Below are positions 11,458-21,147 of a stretch of DNA of 64,000 nt, one piece after another. Made by a program: the position numbers and the translations under genes. The first letter of the stretch is position 1, and every line of letters begins with the position of its first letter. Location: contig OY762069.1 in assembly GCA_963665095.1 (NCBI GenBank), positions 2,912,001 through 2,976,000 on the forward strand, written 5' to 3'. Source of the stretch: an uncultured Desulfobacter sp. GTDB lineage: Bacteria; Desulfobacterota; Desulfobacteria; Desulfobacterales; Desulfobacteraceae. The notes beneath the pieces were generated by a model. That model made no database searches. It was not told the origin of the DNA and saw only the letters and a program-made list of their open reading frames with translations.

Positions 11458-11660
11458 CAGCGATATCTCCTCACTAAATGGTTTTCGTAAAAATGCTGTA
11501 ATGTGTATCGAGATGATTCTTAATACTACTGGATATTTACAGGATAATCAAATCCAGATTACAAAAATATATTGCAGGTCTGTTAATTATACTCTTGCTA
11601 TGCGACCTGGCGTCAGTTTCTTATATTTGATAATTACCGGATAGTACCGGAATCTTTTTA

Positions 11661-11686
11661 TGTTCGAATTCAGCGCCTGGTTATGC
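11661..11686 (-). repeat. Truncated attC (left half only), distal end of cassette array
   Basis: GCATAAC-CAGGCGCTGAA just after the MBL gene stop; no matching right half. Confidence 0.5.
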
Positions 11687-11698
11687 TTGATTAAACCC

Positions 11699-12305
11699 TT
11701 AAAGCTTATAAGTGGCTCCGGCTTTGAGTATTGTGGTCTCAGAGGTGAGTTCACTCTTAAATCTGTCTAAAGCATGATTGCATGTATCATGTGCTGAAAG
11801 GAAGACATACTTGGGGCTTAACGCATTTAAGTTAGCTATGGTCTGCGTCACCAATCTCCTGCGGCAGGGTGACTTTATTTTTCCGCGCGGCTTTTAATCC
11901 CCCCATATGGTCTGGATGAAGATGTGAGATCACCAGGGCATCCACTTGATCCATCCTGAATCCCAATTTTTTTGCATTATGGGTGAACACCTGGTTATCA
12001 GGCCCAAAACCTAAATCAAACAGCAAAGAGCCCAGGTTGGTTTTAATCAAATAGGAAACACCAGGCGCACCCCAAAAACCATTATCAACTTTTTGTTCTA
12101 CAAGGACAGTTAACTCAAAACTTTCAAGCTGAGGTATTTCCAACGGCTGGGCACGTTCCATCCGTGCGTTGTTTATTCTGTGTGATTTAATGATATTCTT
12201 TTTATAGCGGCCGTTTTTTATAAAAAGCATAGGCAGAAGCACAGGAGAAGACAACGCGATAACCGGCCACCAGACAGGAGAAATGCGATATGACATTTGA
12301 ATCAT
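11699..12305 (-). pseudogene. MBL-fold metallo-hydrolase with an internal deletion and frameshift
   Basis: N-part has LLFDLG and SHLHPDHMGG; a C-terminal piece in another frame (TIANLNALSPKYVFLSAHDTC...KAGATYKL*) ends at 11699. Confidence 0.7.
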
Positions 12306-12313
12306 CCTTTTAT

Positions 12314-13318
12314 TTACATGCCAAAATCTGACGGAAGGCTGCGAGTCGGTGTATCGCCATTGACAACAGCCTTTCGTGTATTCTCCATATATGACAATCC
12401 CATTTCAATACGTTTTGCAATGGGGTCACTCTCCACAGTATCCTGATTCACCACAGTTGATTTCAAACTCTCTTTCCATTTCTTAACAAGATCTTGGTTA
12501 GACCTGAGATCAATTGGTAAAAGCTTAATGTGAGCTTGATTCCATCCCATCCCGACACCCAGCTGAATAGCATATTCTTTTCCAGCCGCCAGTTCAGCCT
12601 CTACGATTGAATAGCGCTCGGACAGTGCGATGAATACATGATGTCCGAGTTTTAATTTTACGGAGAAATATGACCCGCCTCTGGTGCTGCCAAGGTAACA
12701 GTTCTGATTCCAGACATCGAATGCGCAATTTGCGATTAACTTGCCAGGGCGATAAAACCTTACCACCGCATGATTTTCATCAGCGGTTATCTATTCTGAA
12801 GATTCAATCATAATGGGATAGGCCAAATAACCCGGATTCAGCAGCTGATTATCATATGCGTCATTATTTTTTTTGTTTTGGAGAGGCTCAACAGCTTTAG
12901 TTTTCATAACAACCGTTTGCCCCAAATCTTTTTCAATAAATTCAGCCAATTTTGCAGGATCAGCGCTATTATAATTGACCATTGCATAGAGCGTGGCTCC
13001 CGGCTGGTTATCAATCGCCAAATAACCAAAGCCCGCTTTAGCCTGGACAAAATTAAGCGTGTTTACGCCTGCGTCCAATTCAAGATATACGTGGCTGCTG
13101 TTTGGAAGATCCGCGACTACAGAATCGTTTAATGCTACCCATAAACCACGACCGCTACCCTTAAAACTACTTCCCCGAATTACAAAGAGACCCGTTTTAT
13201 CAGCTGATACTTCCGGTTCATGGAATTGTTTAATAATATCATGATCAACTTTATACGTTGTTGCACATCCAGTTAAAAACAAACAAGCTGCGACCAAAAA
13301 AACAATGGTTTTTTTCAT
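12314..13318 (-). pseudogene. Lipoprotein (DUF2846-like tandem domains) interrupted by an in-frame TAG at 12791-12793
   Basis: Lipobox LTGC; ORFs 12791-13336 and 12314-12766 are in the same frame and read ...IESSE*ITADENHAVVRFYRPG. Confidence 0.7.
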
Positions 13319-13532
13319 AACAACCTCCATAGACATAATAAATTTTGTATACTGCGTTCGTTCCTCTGCAGGTGTGCCTTATCTTCGATATTCTTGAATG
13401 CGGTACCACAAGAAATACCAACGGTTATTCCGATCCCAGGCCATAATATTGCAAATATGTGGGACTCCGACTTCTTTTCAGAAACGCTTGATTTTTTTTA
13501 TTTGTATCATGTGTTTCCCCTTATTTTCTGCA

Positions 13533-13662
13533 ACCGAACGTGGAGTTGAGGGGCCAGGCTTTTTAAACCCCAAAACTACCGATAAAAAGTTAAATCTTCC
13601 CGAACCAGGGACTTCCGAAAGCCGCTCTGTCGGCCTGGCCCCTCTCCACTGCTTTGTTCTGC
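13533..13662 (-). repeat. Integron attC site (130 bp)
   Basis: R'' GCAGAAC 8 nt after the hydrolase stop; arms AGGGGCCAGGC/GCCTGGCCCCT; R' GTTCGGT. Confidence 0.85.
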
Positions 13663-13670
13663 GCTAATCC

Positions 13671-14525
13671 TTACGAGTTTATATATTCAAGCACCATAGG
13701 CCATATTTCCTTTTTTGAATTTTGACTGGCTATAAGCCTAGGGTGATTATAATCTTCCGAATAGCCTGTAGCCTTTGAACACAAAACGTATTTTTTCTGG
13801 GTGCTGCCTAATGATTTAAATATTTGTTGGCATCCCTTCGGAGGCGCAATTAAATCGCGTTCCCCTGAAATCAAAAGCGTCGGTATACGAATATTTTTTA
13901 TAGCCTTGTAATAATCAAAGCCATCTTTGCCAAACCAGTTCCCAGAGCGATTCCATTGACACCATTGATTTAAAAAACCTGATATTTCATCTTCTGGCCC
14001 CAACCCAAGCAATGGTCCGGGAATTTTTCCCCAAATTTTAATAACTAAAGGGACAATCCTTGTGCTTAGCTTGCCGGTCCAGGTTTTGCCAGCGCCAGTT
14101 GTTTGTGAACCGATTCCAACAAGCGTTGCGATTTCATGTTGTTTGTTAAGATTTCTTGCCATATATATGAGCGGTAAAAAACCGCCGCCACTATGAGCAA
14201 CCCAAATGCAGGAAGTTTTATTTGTCTTTGCCAAGATAGTTTGAATTACCGCTGGAACATCATGCAGCGCAAAATCTTCGGCATCAGGATACAACTCGCC
14301 GTATTCACTAAGCCCATGCCCAACCCATTCATAAATCCAGCACTCAAATCCATTACGGTTCAAAAACGTGGCCAGATTTGAACAAATTTTTGCGTTGGAG
14401 AAAGTGCCATGCGTCAATATCACTGGAGGAAAAGAACTTGATGGCTTTGAATATCGATATAGTGCAATTAGGCTACTGCGTTTCCCTTTAATAAAAATAG
14501 GTTGTGGTAAAAAGTTTTTAAGCAT
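13671..14525 (-). CDS. Alpha/beta fold hydrolase (gene cassette)
   Basis: LTHGTFS, AHSGGG nucleophile elbow, GERDLIAP, DYNH; AT-rich; followed by attC. Confidence 0.85.
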   Translation of the reverse strand: MLKNFLPQPIFIKGKRSSLIALYRYSKPSSSFPPVILTHGTFSNAKICSNLATFLNRNGFECWIYEWVGHGLSEYGELYPDAEDFALHDVPAVIQTILAKTNKTSCIWVAHSGGGFLPLIYMARNLNKQHEIATLVGIGSQTTGAGKTWTGKLSTRIVPLVIKIWGKIPGPLLGLGPEDEISGFLNQWCQWNRSGNWFGKDGFDYYKAIKNIRIPTLLISGERDLIAPPKGCQQIFKSLGSTQKKYVLCSKATGYSEDYNHPRLIASQNSKKEIWPMVLEYINS

Positions 14526-14567
14526 TGCTATTTAATCGATTATTTATACAGTTGTTTATTTTTGAAA

Positions 14568-15565
14568 ATCGGGTAGCCGGGGGTAGTTATCTACCCCAGG
14601 CCCCCTCAGAACCGTACGTGACAGTTTCCCGTCATACGGCTCAAGCATTTCTAAGACTAAGCCTTGCGGGGCCGCCCGGTTGTTTCAGCAATAATGAAAT
14701 TTACAGTTAATTCATAGCATATGTCCTTGAGCATTCTCTCGGAAAGTACTGTTCTTTTTCCGAGTCAAAAGAAAATGCATCCTTTTGAAAGAACCTCTGG
14801 CGTATATCCCGTGTGCTACTTTAACAACCTTTGCGATACGTATCTACAGTCTTTTAACAGCGTAAAGCTGCTAATGGGCGCACCAGCCATTGCCGTCATT
14901 TGCTTTCCCATCCTCAAAGATTCTCCAAACTCTCTCACAAAGAAACACCTGCCCGGGTGTGTCTGTAGTCACACCCGCCGGACGTCAGCTCCCTTTCGGG
15001 CCGGGTAATGTTGGGGATATACGCCTCAATCCGTATCCATCTCATTACAAGACGGCATTCGCTTTTTCCTGCATCTTACGCCCGCACCTCCATCAGTGTG
15101 CCTTACGGTTTCACCTGCCGAATACTCCCGGCGAAGATACGGGGTTTCCACGTTCCGCATTATTGCCAATTTATGGATGACTTAGGTCTGCCCTTAAGCA
15201 CCGGCGGCGCAACATCTCCGTGCAGGCAGTTCCGAAACCTGCAACCTGACCGCTCACCTTTTGGTCCAAGCTTACCAGCCTCTTTAGCTTGTTCTCCCTG
15301 ACGGTACTTACGGAACATTCAATTAATTTGACCATATCATCCAAACCCTTGCCCTCACCCGGATTGAGGCTTCCAGGAGGGTATCCGCCTCACGGCTTTT
15401 ACCCCTTCCGCAGTTGCGGAATTCGGTACTTTGTCGGTTGGGCTTCACACCGTTGCCGGATGCACCGGCAACCGCATGCCACCTAGGGTACCGGCAGGAG
15501 AATGCCGGGTTTGGTCAGGACCGACCGGCCCGCCAAACAGCCAATAATGCGACCTCGTGTCGCAC
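14568..15565 (-). ncRNA. ORF-less group II intron (IIB/CL-like), 998 nt
   Basis: 5' GTGCGACACG; domain V GAGCCGTATGACGGGAAACTGTCACGTACGGTTC (14609-14642); domain VI with bulged A, ending CCCGAT; only short IEP remnants in domain IV. Confidence 0.9.
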
Positions 15566-15690
15566 AGAAACGGGGAGCTCAGCCGCCCGGAGCGAAAACC
15601 GAGAACTTCCCAAAAATTAAATTTTTCAAAAACCAAGGTCTTTCAAAAAGCCGCTATCTCTCCGGTTCGGCCTGCAGCGTTTTGTCCTAA
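15566..15690 (-). repeat. Integron attC site (~125 bp; R'' variant GAC; intron inserted after GTTTCT)
   Basis: TTAGGAC-AAAACGCTGCAGGCCGAACCGGA...TCCGGGCGGCTGAGCTCCCC-GTT; similar to the 16710 site. Confidence 0.8.
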
Positions 15691-15909
15691 TTATGATGAC
15701 CAAGTTAACGATGGCCTACGATTTGATTGAACACAATCTCGTAAATAGAGATTAATCAAATTTTGATAGGGAACGCCTGTTTCTTCCGCCAGTTCTTTAA
15801 AATATTCAATGATATCGACGCTCATCCGAATGGTAACCTGTTTTTTCAAGTGTTTCGCATAAGGATTTTTACGCCCTTTCATGTTTTCAAAATCATATTC
15901 TTTCCTCAT
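15691..15909 (-). CDS. brnA: BrnA/CopG-like antitoxin
   Basis: MRKEYDF...KKQVTIR...YFK..AEETGVPYQNLINLYL, directly downstream of brnT. Confidence 0.85.
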   Translation of the reverse strand: MRKEYDFENMKGRKNPYAKHLKKQVTIRMSVDIIEYFKELAEETGVPYQNLINLYLRDCVQSNRRPSLTWSS

Positions 15910-15913
15910 GATG

Positions 15914-16198
15914 TCACCTATAGTACGCTTTTTGTTCTTTTTTAGTTGCTTTCCTGGCTGAAATAATCCGTATTATGGATTCACTATCCCGATAACAATG
16001 GCATACAGCCAGGATTTTAAGGCTTTGGCTAAAACCTAAAAGCAAATATCTTTCTTCATCAAGGGAATAATCAGGGTCGTCAAATTCAATTGCATTATCA
16101 TCAAAGAAAATCGTTTGGGCGTCTTCAAAAGAGACCCCGTGTTTCTTTAAATTGTTTTTGTTTTTTGCATCATCCCATTCAAAAATCAACTTATTCAT
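15914..16198 (-). CDS. brnT: BrnT family ribonuclease toxin
   Basis: FEWDDAKNKNNLKKHGVSFEDA...EERY...IRIISARKAT. Confidence 0.92.
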   Translation of the reverse strand: MNKLIFEWDDAKNKNNLKKHGVSFEDAQTIFFDDNAIEFDDPDYSLDEERYLLLGFSQSLKILAVCHCYRDSESIIRIISARKATKKEQKAYYR

Positions 16199-16233
16199 AT
16201 TTACACTGTAAATATATCATAATGATGTGTCAA
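16197..16233 (-). promoter_or_regulatory. Sigma70 promoter of brnTA with palindromic operator; likely leaderless mRNA
   Basis: TTGACA-N17-TACAGT, then 6 nt to ATG; perfect inverted repeat ATATTTACA-N-TGTAAATAT at 16197-16215. Confidence 0.8.
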
Positions 16234-16249
16234 GGGCGTTTGTTTTAAA

Positions 16250-16307
16250 GGAAAACAATGGATTGAAAGCGACCTTGTCAGGTCGCATCAATCCTTATTG
16301 GTTAGCG
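16250..16307 (-). repeat. Integron attC site (58 bp, short type)
   Basis: CGCTAAC CAATAA GGATTGAT GCGACC TGACAA GGTCGC TTTCAATCCATT GTTTTCC. Confidence 0.85.
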
Positions 16308-16312
16308 CATTT

Positions 16313-16687
16313 TTAAAGTTTTTCGCTTAAGCTTGAATGAGCAGCAATCAGTTTATACTCTTTGCTACTCCTTTGTTGCCATACCCTTGTAAAATTGAGA
16401 ATCATTGTAGAACGAACATCCCCGAATAGCCCACAAATTTCAGATTTTACCGTCACGATTGCAACATTTTCAAAAATTTTTATCGTTTGATTTGACATAT
16501 TAATCAAATCAATTCTCACAAAGCCAGAATGATGAGCTTCAAGATCCATTTGTTTGGTGGTCTTTTGACCAATGTGATTTGTAAAAACGAGCTCATCATC
16601 TAACAATTTATCAAGCATCCCAACATCTGAATTCAGCATGGCGGTTTCAAGTTGCTTTTCAAGAGTTACGATGACATTTTTTTCCAT
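16313..16687 (-). CDS. NTF2-like / DUF4440 protein (gene cassette)
   Basis: AML.SDV..LDKLLDDELVFT...FTRVW...IAAHSS; GGAGG RBS; flanked by attC sites. Confidence 0.8.
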   Translation of the reverse strand: MEKNVIVTLEKQLETAMLNSDVGMLDKLLDDELVFTNHIGQKTTKQMDLEAHHSGFVRIDLINMSNQTIKIFENVAIVTVKSEICGLFGDVRSTMILNFTRVWQQRSSKEYKLIAAHSSLSEKL

Positions 16688-16709
16688 TTTGTAGGGCCTC
16701 CATTATGGG

Positions 16710-16841
16710 TGATAACGAGGAACTCAGCCGCCCGGGAGACGAATACCAAGCAGTTACCCGAAGTTAAATTTCTTTCAAAAAACAAGGACTTTCTTAGAAC
16801 CGCGAATCTTCCCGGGTCGGCCTTCCGAGCAGCGTTTTTGT
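16710..16841 (-). repeat. Integron attC site interrupted at R'' by a group IIC intron
   Basis: Bottom strand GATAACGAGGAACTCAGCCGCCCGGGAGA...TCTTCCCGGGTCGGCC..AGCGTTTTTGT|intron. Confidence 0.8.
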
Positions 16842-18243
16842 GTGTGCCGGGCACGGTACGTGTTCTTAAAAGTGAGTCAAACGTAAACGATTTCAATGCG
16901 TTTGGCAAGTCTTAGACCCAGCCGGATGGAGGCGAAGGGTGTAGTGGTAGTGCAACGGGGTACCGGTGAAGGTGCTTCGGGGGGAAGCCGCCTTGCTGAG
17001 GCAAGGTACCACGAAGGTACGGGATGACGTACAGGAATCGGATATAAGACGCACATACCGGGACGAGCCTGCACAACAAGGTGAAGTCCTCTATCCATTA
17101 CAGGGTATGTCCGTAAATCCGGCATTCACGTACTGAAAGACACGTGTTTACCCCGGGAGATCTCCCATGTGCCGGATTGGCTGAGGGCCGGGTAACTGGT
17201 CCTGACCGCATGGGAGAAGTCAGCAGAGGGCATAGTAGTCGGAGGAAACGAGCCCTGCAAACCAGGGAGGACTCACCCCGGTGAAGGCCTGAACGGTGTC
17301 CGGGCCGAATGGTCCGGGTAAATGATAACGACAAATAGGAGATGTGTACTTGTGAATAGATCACCACAGCAGTTGGAACTGTTTCCAGCGTCACAAATTG
17401 CCGAACGTATAGGAAACAATGCCCGGTTAATGGAGATAATTCTTGAACCTAACAACATTACCCTGGCATGGAAGCATGTCTGTGCAAACAAGGGTGCCCC
17501 AGGAGTGGATGGCATGAAAACCAGCCAGCTCGGCAGCTACCTTGCAAAGCACTGGCCTGAAATCAAACAAGACCTGCTGGAATGCAGGCACCAACCGCTG
17601 CCAGTTAAAAGGAAGGAAATCCCTAAACCGGATGAAAGGTAATATGCCAATATTTAAGAGCCGGCGTGATGGTCGCAGGCATCACTGTGACCACGGAAGA
17701 GGGAACTCCCCAGGGAGGTCCTCTTTCACCGTTGCTGTCCAATATTGTGCTTGATGAGTTGGACAAGTAATTGGAGAAACGAGGACATAAATTTGTCCGA
17801 TATGCCGATGACTTCAGGATTTACTGCAAAAGCCTGAAAGCAGCCCAGCGGGTTATGCAGAGTATCACTCGGTTTCTGACCGTGAAACTCAAGCTCAAGG
17901 TAAACCAGGATAAGAGTGCTGTAAGCAGACCGTGGATAGGTAAATTTTTAGGATTCACATATTTTCAAATGTGTGGTCAGTCCAAAATTCGGGTTCATGC
18001 CAAGAGCATGAAACGGTTCAAGGACAAGGTCCGGGAATTAACCTGCCGTAAACGGGGCAAAAGTCTGTGGCAAGTGATCCAGGACTTGAACCAGTATTTC
18101 CGAGAGTGGTGGGGATATTTCCGGCTCACGGAAACCCGCTATTTTCTGAAAGAACTCAAGGTCTGGATACTGCGACGGTTGAGAAGTCTTGTTTGGAAAC
18201 AATGGAAAAACCCTGGGACCAGGGTCCGTAACCTGGAAAAACT
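16842..18243 (+). mobile_element. Group IIC-attC intron, degenerate and 3'-truncated
   Basis: Begins GTGTGCCGGGCACGG right after TTGT of the attC bottom strand, antisense to cassettes; GAGAAGTCAGCAGAGGGCATAGTAG segment; domains V/VI absent. Confidence 0.85.
17322..18243 (+). pseudogene. ltrA: Group II intron reverse transcriptase/maturase pseudogene
   Basis: NKGAPGVDG, EIPKPD, then a deletion, GTPQGGPLSPLLSNI, in-frame TAA, RYADDF, domain X; truncated. Confidence 0.88.
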
Positions 18244-18365
18244 AATGACTCCGACATCTGAAAATATCGTATTGCCGTCAGGTTGTGCATGTGGATGTTC
18301 CGATGTCATCCCTAATAGCATTAAGCCGTTTCATACCCATCAAGTAATCGAACTGCCTGAAATTA
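18244..18365 (+). mobile_element. IS66-family transposase fragment (zinc-finger region)
   Basis: PSGCACGC...HTHQVIELPEIK resembles the IS66 TnpC N-terminal region. Confidence 0.5.
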
Positions 18366-18970
18366 AATAGTGTAAAATTCTTTCTGTAAAATTGAAAAAC
18401 ACCCGGTAGAAATGGATCTGCCCATATAGGGTTGAAAGTGCCGGGTCATGACTTAAAGTTCCTTTTTTTAACCCGCTAAAATCAAAGAAGGGAACAGCAT
18501 GACCCAGCTTGGACAAGATACAGCAATTGAAACGGTTTTTGAAATAATAAATGAGAATGGTTTAGACGGCTTGGCAGAAGCAGTGTCCATTTTAATAAAC
18601 GAAGCGATGAAAATAGAACGATCTGCGGCGTTAAATGCCCGGCCTTGGGAACGAACAGATTGTCGCCAAGGGTATGCCAATGGATTTAAAGACAGGACAG
18701 TGGCCTCCCGGTTGGGCAATCTGAGCCTAAAAGTTCCCCAGGTGCGTGGAGATGTTGAGTTTCAACCCTCTGCCATAGATAAAGGTCTTCGATCCGAGAG
18801 GGCTTTAAAAATAGCCATGGCAGAAATGTATATCCAGGGTGTGTCCACGAGGAAAGTCACGGCCATGCTTGAAAAGATGTGTGGTTTGGAAGTCAGCAGC
18901 ACCCAGGTCAGCAATGCCTCGAAGCAATTGGACGAAGAGTTTGATAAATGGCGAAATAGGCCACTTGGCA
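18366..18970 (+). mobile_element. IS256-family element, left end with truncated transposase (CDS from 18499)
   Basis: AGTGTAAAATTCTTTCTGTAAA IR-like end; GYANGFKDR, LKVPQVR, MYIQGVSTRKV, WRNRPL, then unrelated sequence. Confidence 0.85.
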
Positions 18971-19105
18971 ATAATGTCGGGCATAGCCTTTCCTCCCACC
19001 GGACAATCCCGGTTTGTTGTTTTTTTCCCGCAGTCATGCTGACGTAAAAGGCTTGGGGCAAACTTAACAACATTTATTTTTTCCAGGCCCTGAAAAGAAC
19101 AGATA

Positions 19106-19924
19106 TCACATTTGCACGGATTGTTCACCCTGTTTGCAGATGGGGAAAGCGTCAGAGCTGCAACGCTTGACAGGCAGGATGGAGACAAACCCGTCCTGTT
19201 CTTGAATACGGGCAGTTACACCATATACGGTTTTCATATTGCAGGAGGTAAAAACCTGCCGGGCATCTCCCTGGATGTGAACCTTTCCCTGGTGCAGCAT
19301 CACGATCCGGTCCGCATACCTTGCAGCCAGATTCAAGTCATGCAGGATCATGACAACTGAAATCTTTTGGGTACGGGAAAGGGAGTAAACCATATCCATG
19401 GTGTCCAGCTGGTGGGCTATATCAAGGGCGGATGTGGGCTCATCCAAAAGCAGGATCTCAGGTTCCTGGGCCAGTGCTCTGGCCATGAATACCCGCTGCC
19501 GCTGGCCCCCTGAAAGACAGTTGACCTTTTCTAAGGCAATTTGTGCAAGCCCCATTTGCTCCAGAATACCGGCCACCAGCTGAATGTCTTTCCTGCTGCT
19601 GTACCATGAGCTGTATGGACGTCTTCCCATGAGCACGGTGTCAAAAACTGTTTTTGAAAAGCAAGGGGCTTGTGTTTGCGCCATATAACCAACCTGTCTT
19701 GCATGGACTGCCGGAGTAAGCCTGCCGGCATCCACACCGTCAATGAGTACCCTGCCCGACTGAATTTTCAGCAAAGACCCCATGCATTTGATTAAGGTGC
19801 TTTTTCCACTGCCGTTGGGTCCTACAATACAGACAATCTCTCCGTAGGAAACATGGAAACTGATATCCTTTAAAACCGTTTTACTGGCATAGGAAAAATA
19901 TAATTTTTCAACATCAACCTTCAT
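19106..19924 (-). CDS. Iron-chelate/cobalamin ABC transporter ATP-binding protein
   Basis: GPNGSGKST, LSGGQRQRV, LLLDEPTSALD, LHDLNLA. Confidence 0.93.
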   Translation of the reverse strand: MKVDVEKLYFSYASKTVLKDISFHVSYGEIVCIVGPNGSGKSTLIKCMGSLLKIQSGRVLIDGVDAGRLTPAVHARQVGYMAQTQAPCFSKTVFDTVLMGRRPYSSWYSSRKDIQLVAGILEQMGLAQIALEKVNCLSGGQRQRVFMARALAQEPEILLLDEPTSALDIAHQLDTMDMVYSLSRTQKISVVMILHDLNLAARYADRIVMLHQGKVHIQGDARQVFTSCNMKTVYGVTARIQEQDGFVSILPVKRCSSDAFPICKQGEQSVQM

Positions 19925-20057
19925 TGTAGTGCCTTATTTTTATATAAGATCCAGGATTAAAAAAAACACCCGGATGCTTGCCTTTTAATTCGAATATTTA
20001 AAGTTCCAATACCCTTTCATCTTTTATTGTGTGCAGAAAGCCCGGCGGGTTGCTATG

Positions 20058-21137
20058 TCAGGTCAGCCCGCGGTTGTTGTAAATAATAAGGTAAACAAAC
20101 AAAGGCACACCCAGAAAAGCGGTAACCGTTCCCACCGGTAAAACAACCGGAGAGAGGATGGTTCGGGCACAGGTGTCGGACACGATCAGCAATATGGCAC
20201 CCAAAAGGCTGGATGCAGGTATCAGGACAGTATTGTCGTTGCCTGTAAAAAACCGGACCATATGCGGGGAGATCAGACCGATAAAACCTATGGTGCCGGC
20301 CAGGCTGACGATGCCTGCTACCATAACCGTTGAAACCACCATGGACAGAACGCGGACGCGCCCCACACGGATGCCCAGGCTTTTGGCTGTTTCATCCCCG
20401 TCATTGATCAGATTCAGGTTGCGGGCCTGAAACCAGAGATATGCCGTTCCACCCAAAACAAGGGGTGCCACAACGGCAATCTTGCCCCATTCGGCTTTTC
20501 CCAAATCCCCCACGGTCCAGAAAACTGCGGCCTTTACCGCATCAGGATCTCCAAAATATTGAAGAATCGTGGTCATTGCCTGGAAAAAGAACAGCAGTGC
20601 AATACCGATTAAAAGCATTGTCTGGGGCGCAGCGCCGTTTTTTGCGGAAATCATCAAAATAATCCCGGCAGACAACAAAGAAAACACAAAGGCGTTTCCA
20701 ATGACAAGATAGTGCCCAGCCATTATGCCAACCCCCGAGATAAGTGCCAGGGAGGCGCCAAAGCCTGCAGCGGCCGATATACCGCAAATATAGGGATCCG
20801 CAAGGGGGTTGCGCAAAATCACCTGCATGACCGCACCTGAAGCCCCCAATGCCATGCCTGTCAAAATCCCCATTGCGATGCGCGGCAACCGGAAATTCAG
20901 GATAATGATGCCGGTGCTGTTATCCAGCACCGGTGCATGTCCAAGGATGACCGGCCACAAAATCCCGCGGATTTCATCCAGTGAAATCTGTGCAGACCCT
21001 ATGGTAAGACTGCATAAAACCGATAATACCAGCAAAGGAAGCAGCAAAAGGCAAAACAGCCGTTTTCCCTTCCTGTATTTAATGTAAATTGTTTCAAGGC
21101 CTTTCGGCACACCTTGTTTTTCATTGTCCGAATACAT
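20058..21137 (-). CDS. FecCD/BtuC family ABC permease
   Basis: RLPR, LRNPLADP, GTIGFIGLISPH, LPVGTVTAFLGVP. Confidence 0.93.
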   Translation of the reverse strand: MYSDNEKQGVPKGLETIYIKYRKGKRLFCLLLLPLLVLSVLCSLTIGSAQISLDEIRGILWPVILGHAPVLDNSTGIIILNFRLPRIAMGILTGMALGASGAVMQVILRNPLADPYICGISAAAGFGASLALISGVGIMAGHYLVIGNAFVFSLLSAGIILMISAKNGAAPQTMLLIGIALLFFFQAMTTILQYFGDPDAVKAAVFWTVGDLGKAEWGKIAVVAPLVLGGTAYLWFQARNLNLINDGDETAKSLGIRVGRVRVLSMVVSTVMVAGIVSLAGTIGFIGLISPHMVRFFTGNDNTVLIPASSLLGAILLIVSDTCARTILSPVVLPVGTVTAFLGVPLFVYLIIYNNRGLT

Positions 21138-21147
21138 AATAAAATAC

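Noticed and set aside
12791..12793. Pyrrolysine or other readthrough at the in-frame TAG
   Set aside because: No pyl genes in view, the protein is not a methyltransferase, and neighbouring genes are also decayed
14525..15690. Several short ORFs across the first intron and its attC
   Set aside because: They overlap structured RNA and show no RT or other protein motifs
13533..16841. Interspersed repeats as a CRISPR array
   Set aside because: The repeats are long and imperfect and separate whole genes; they have attC boxes and there are no cas genes
17322..18370. RT as a retron, DGR or defence RT
   Set aside because: It has a group II intron 5' end, the NKGAPGVDG motif and domain X, and it is a pseudogene
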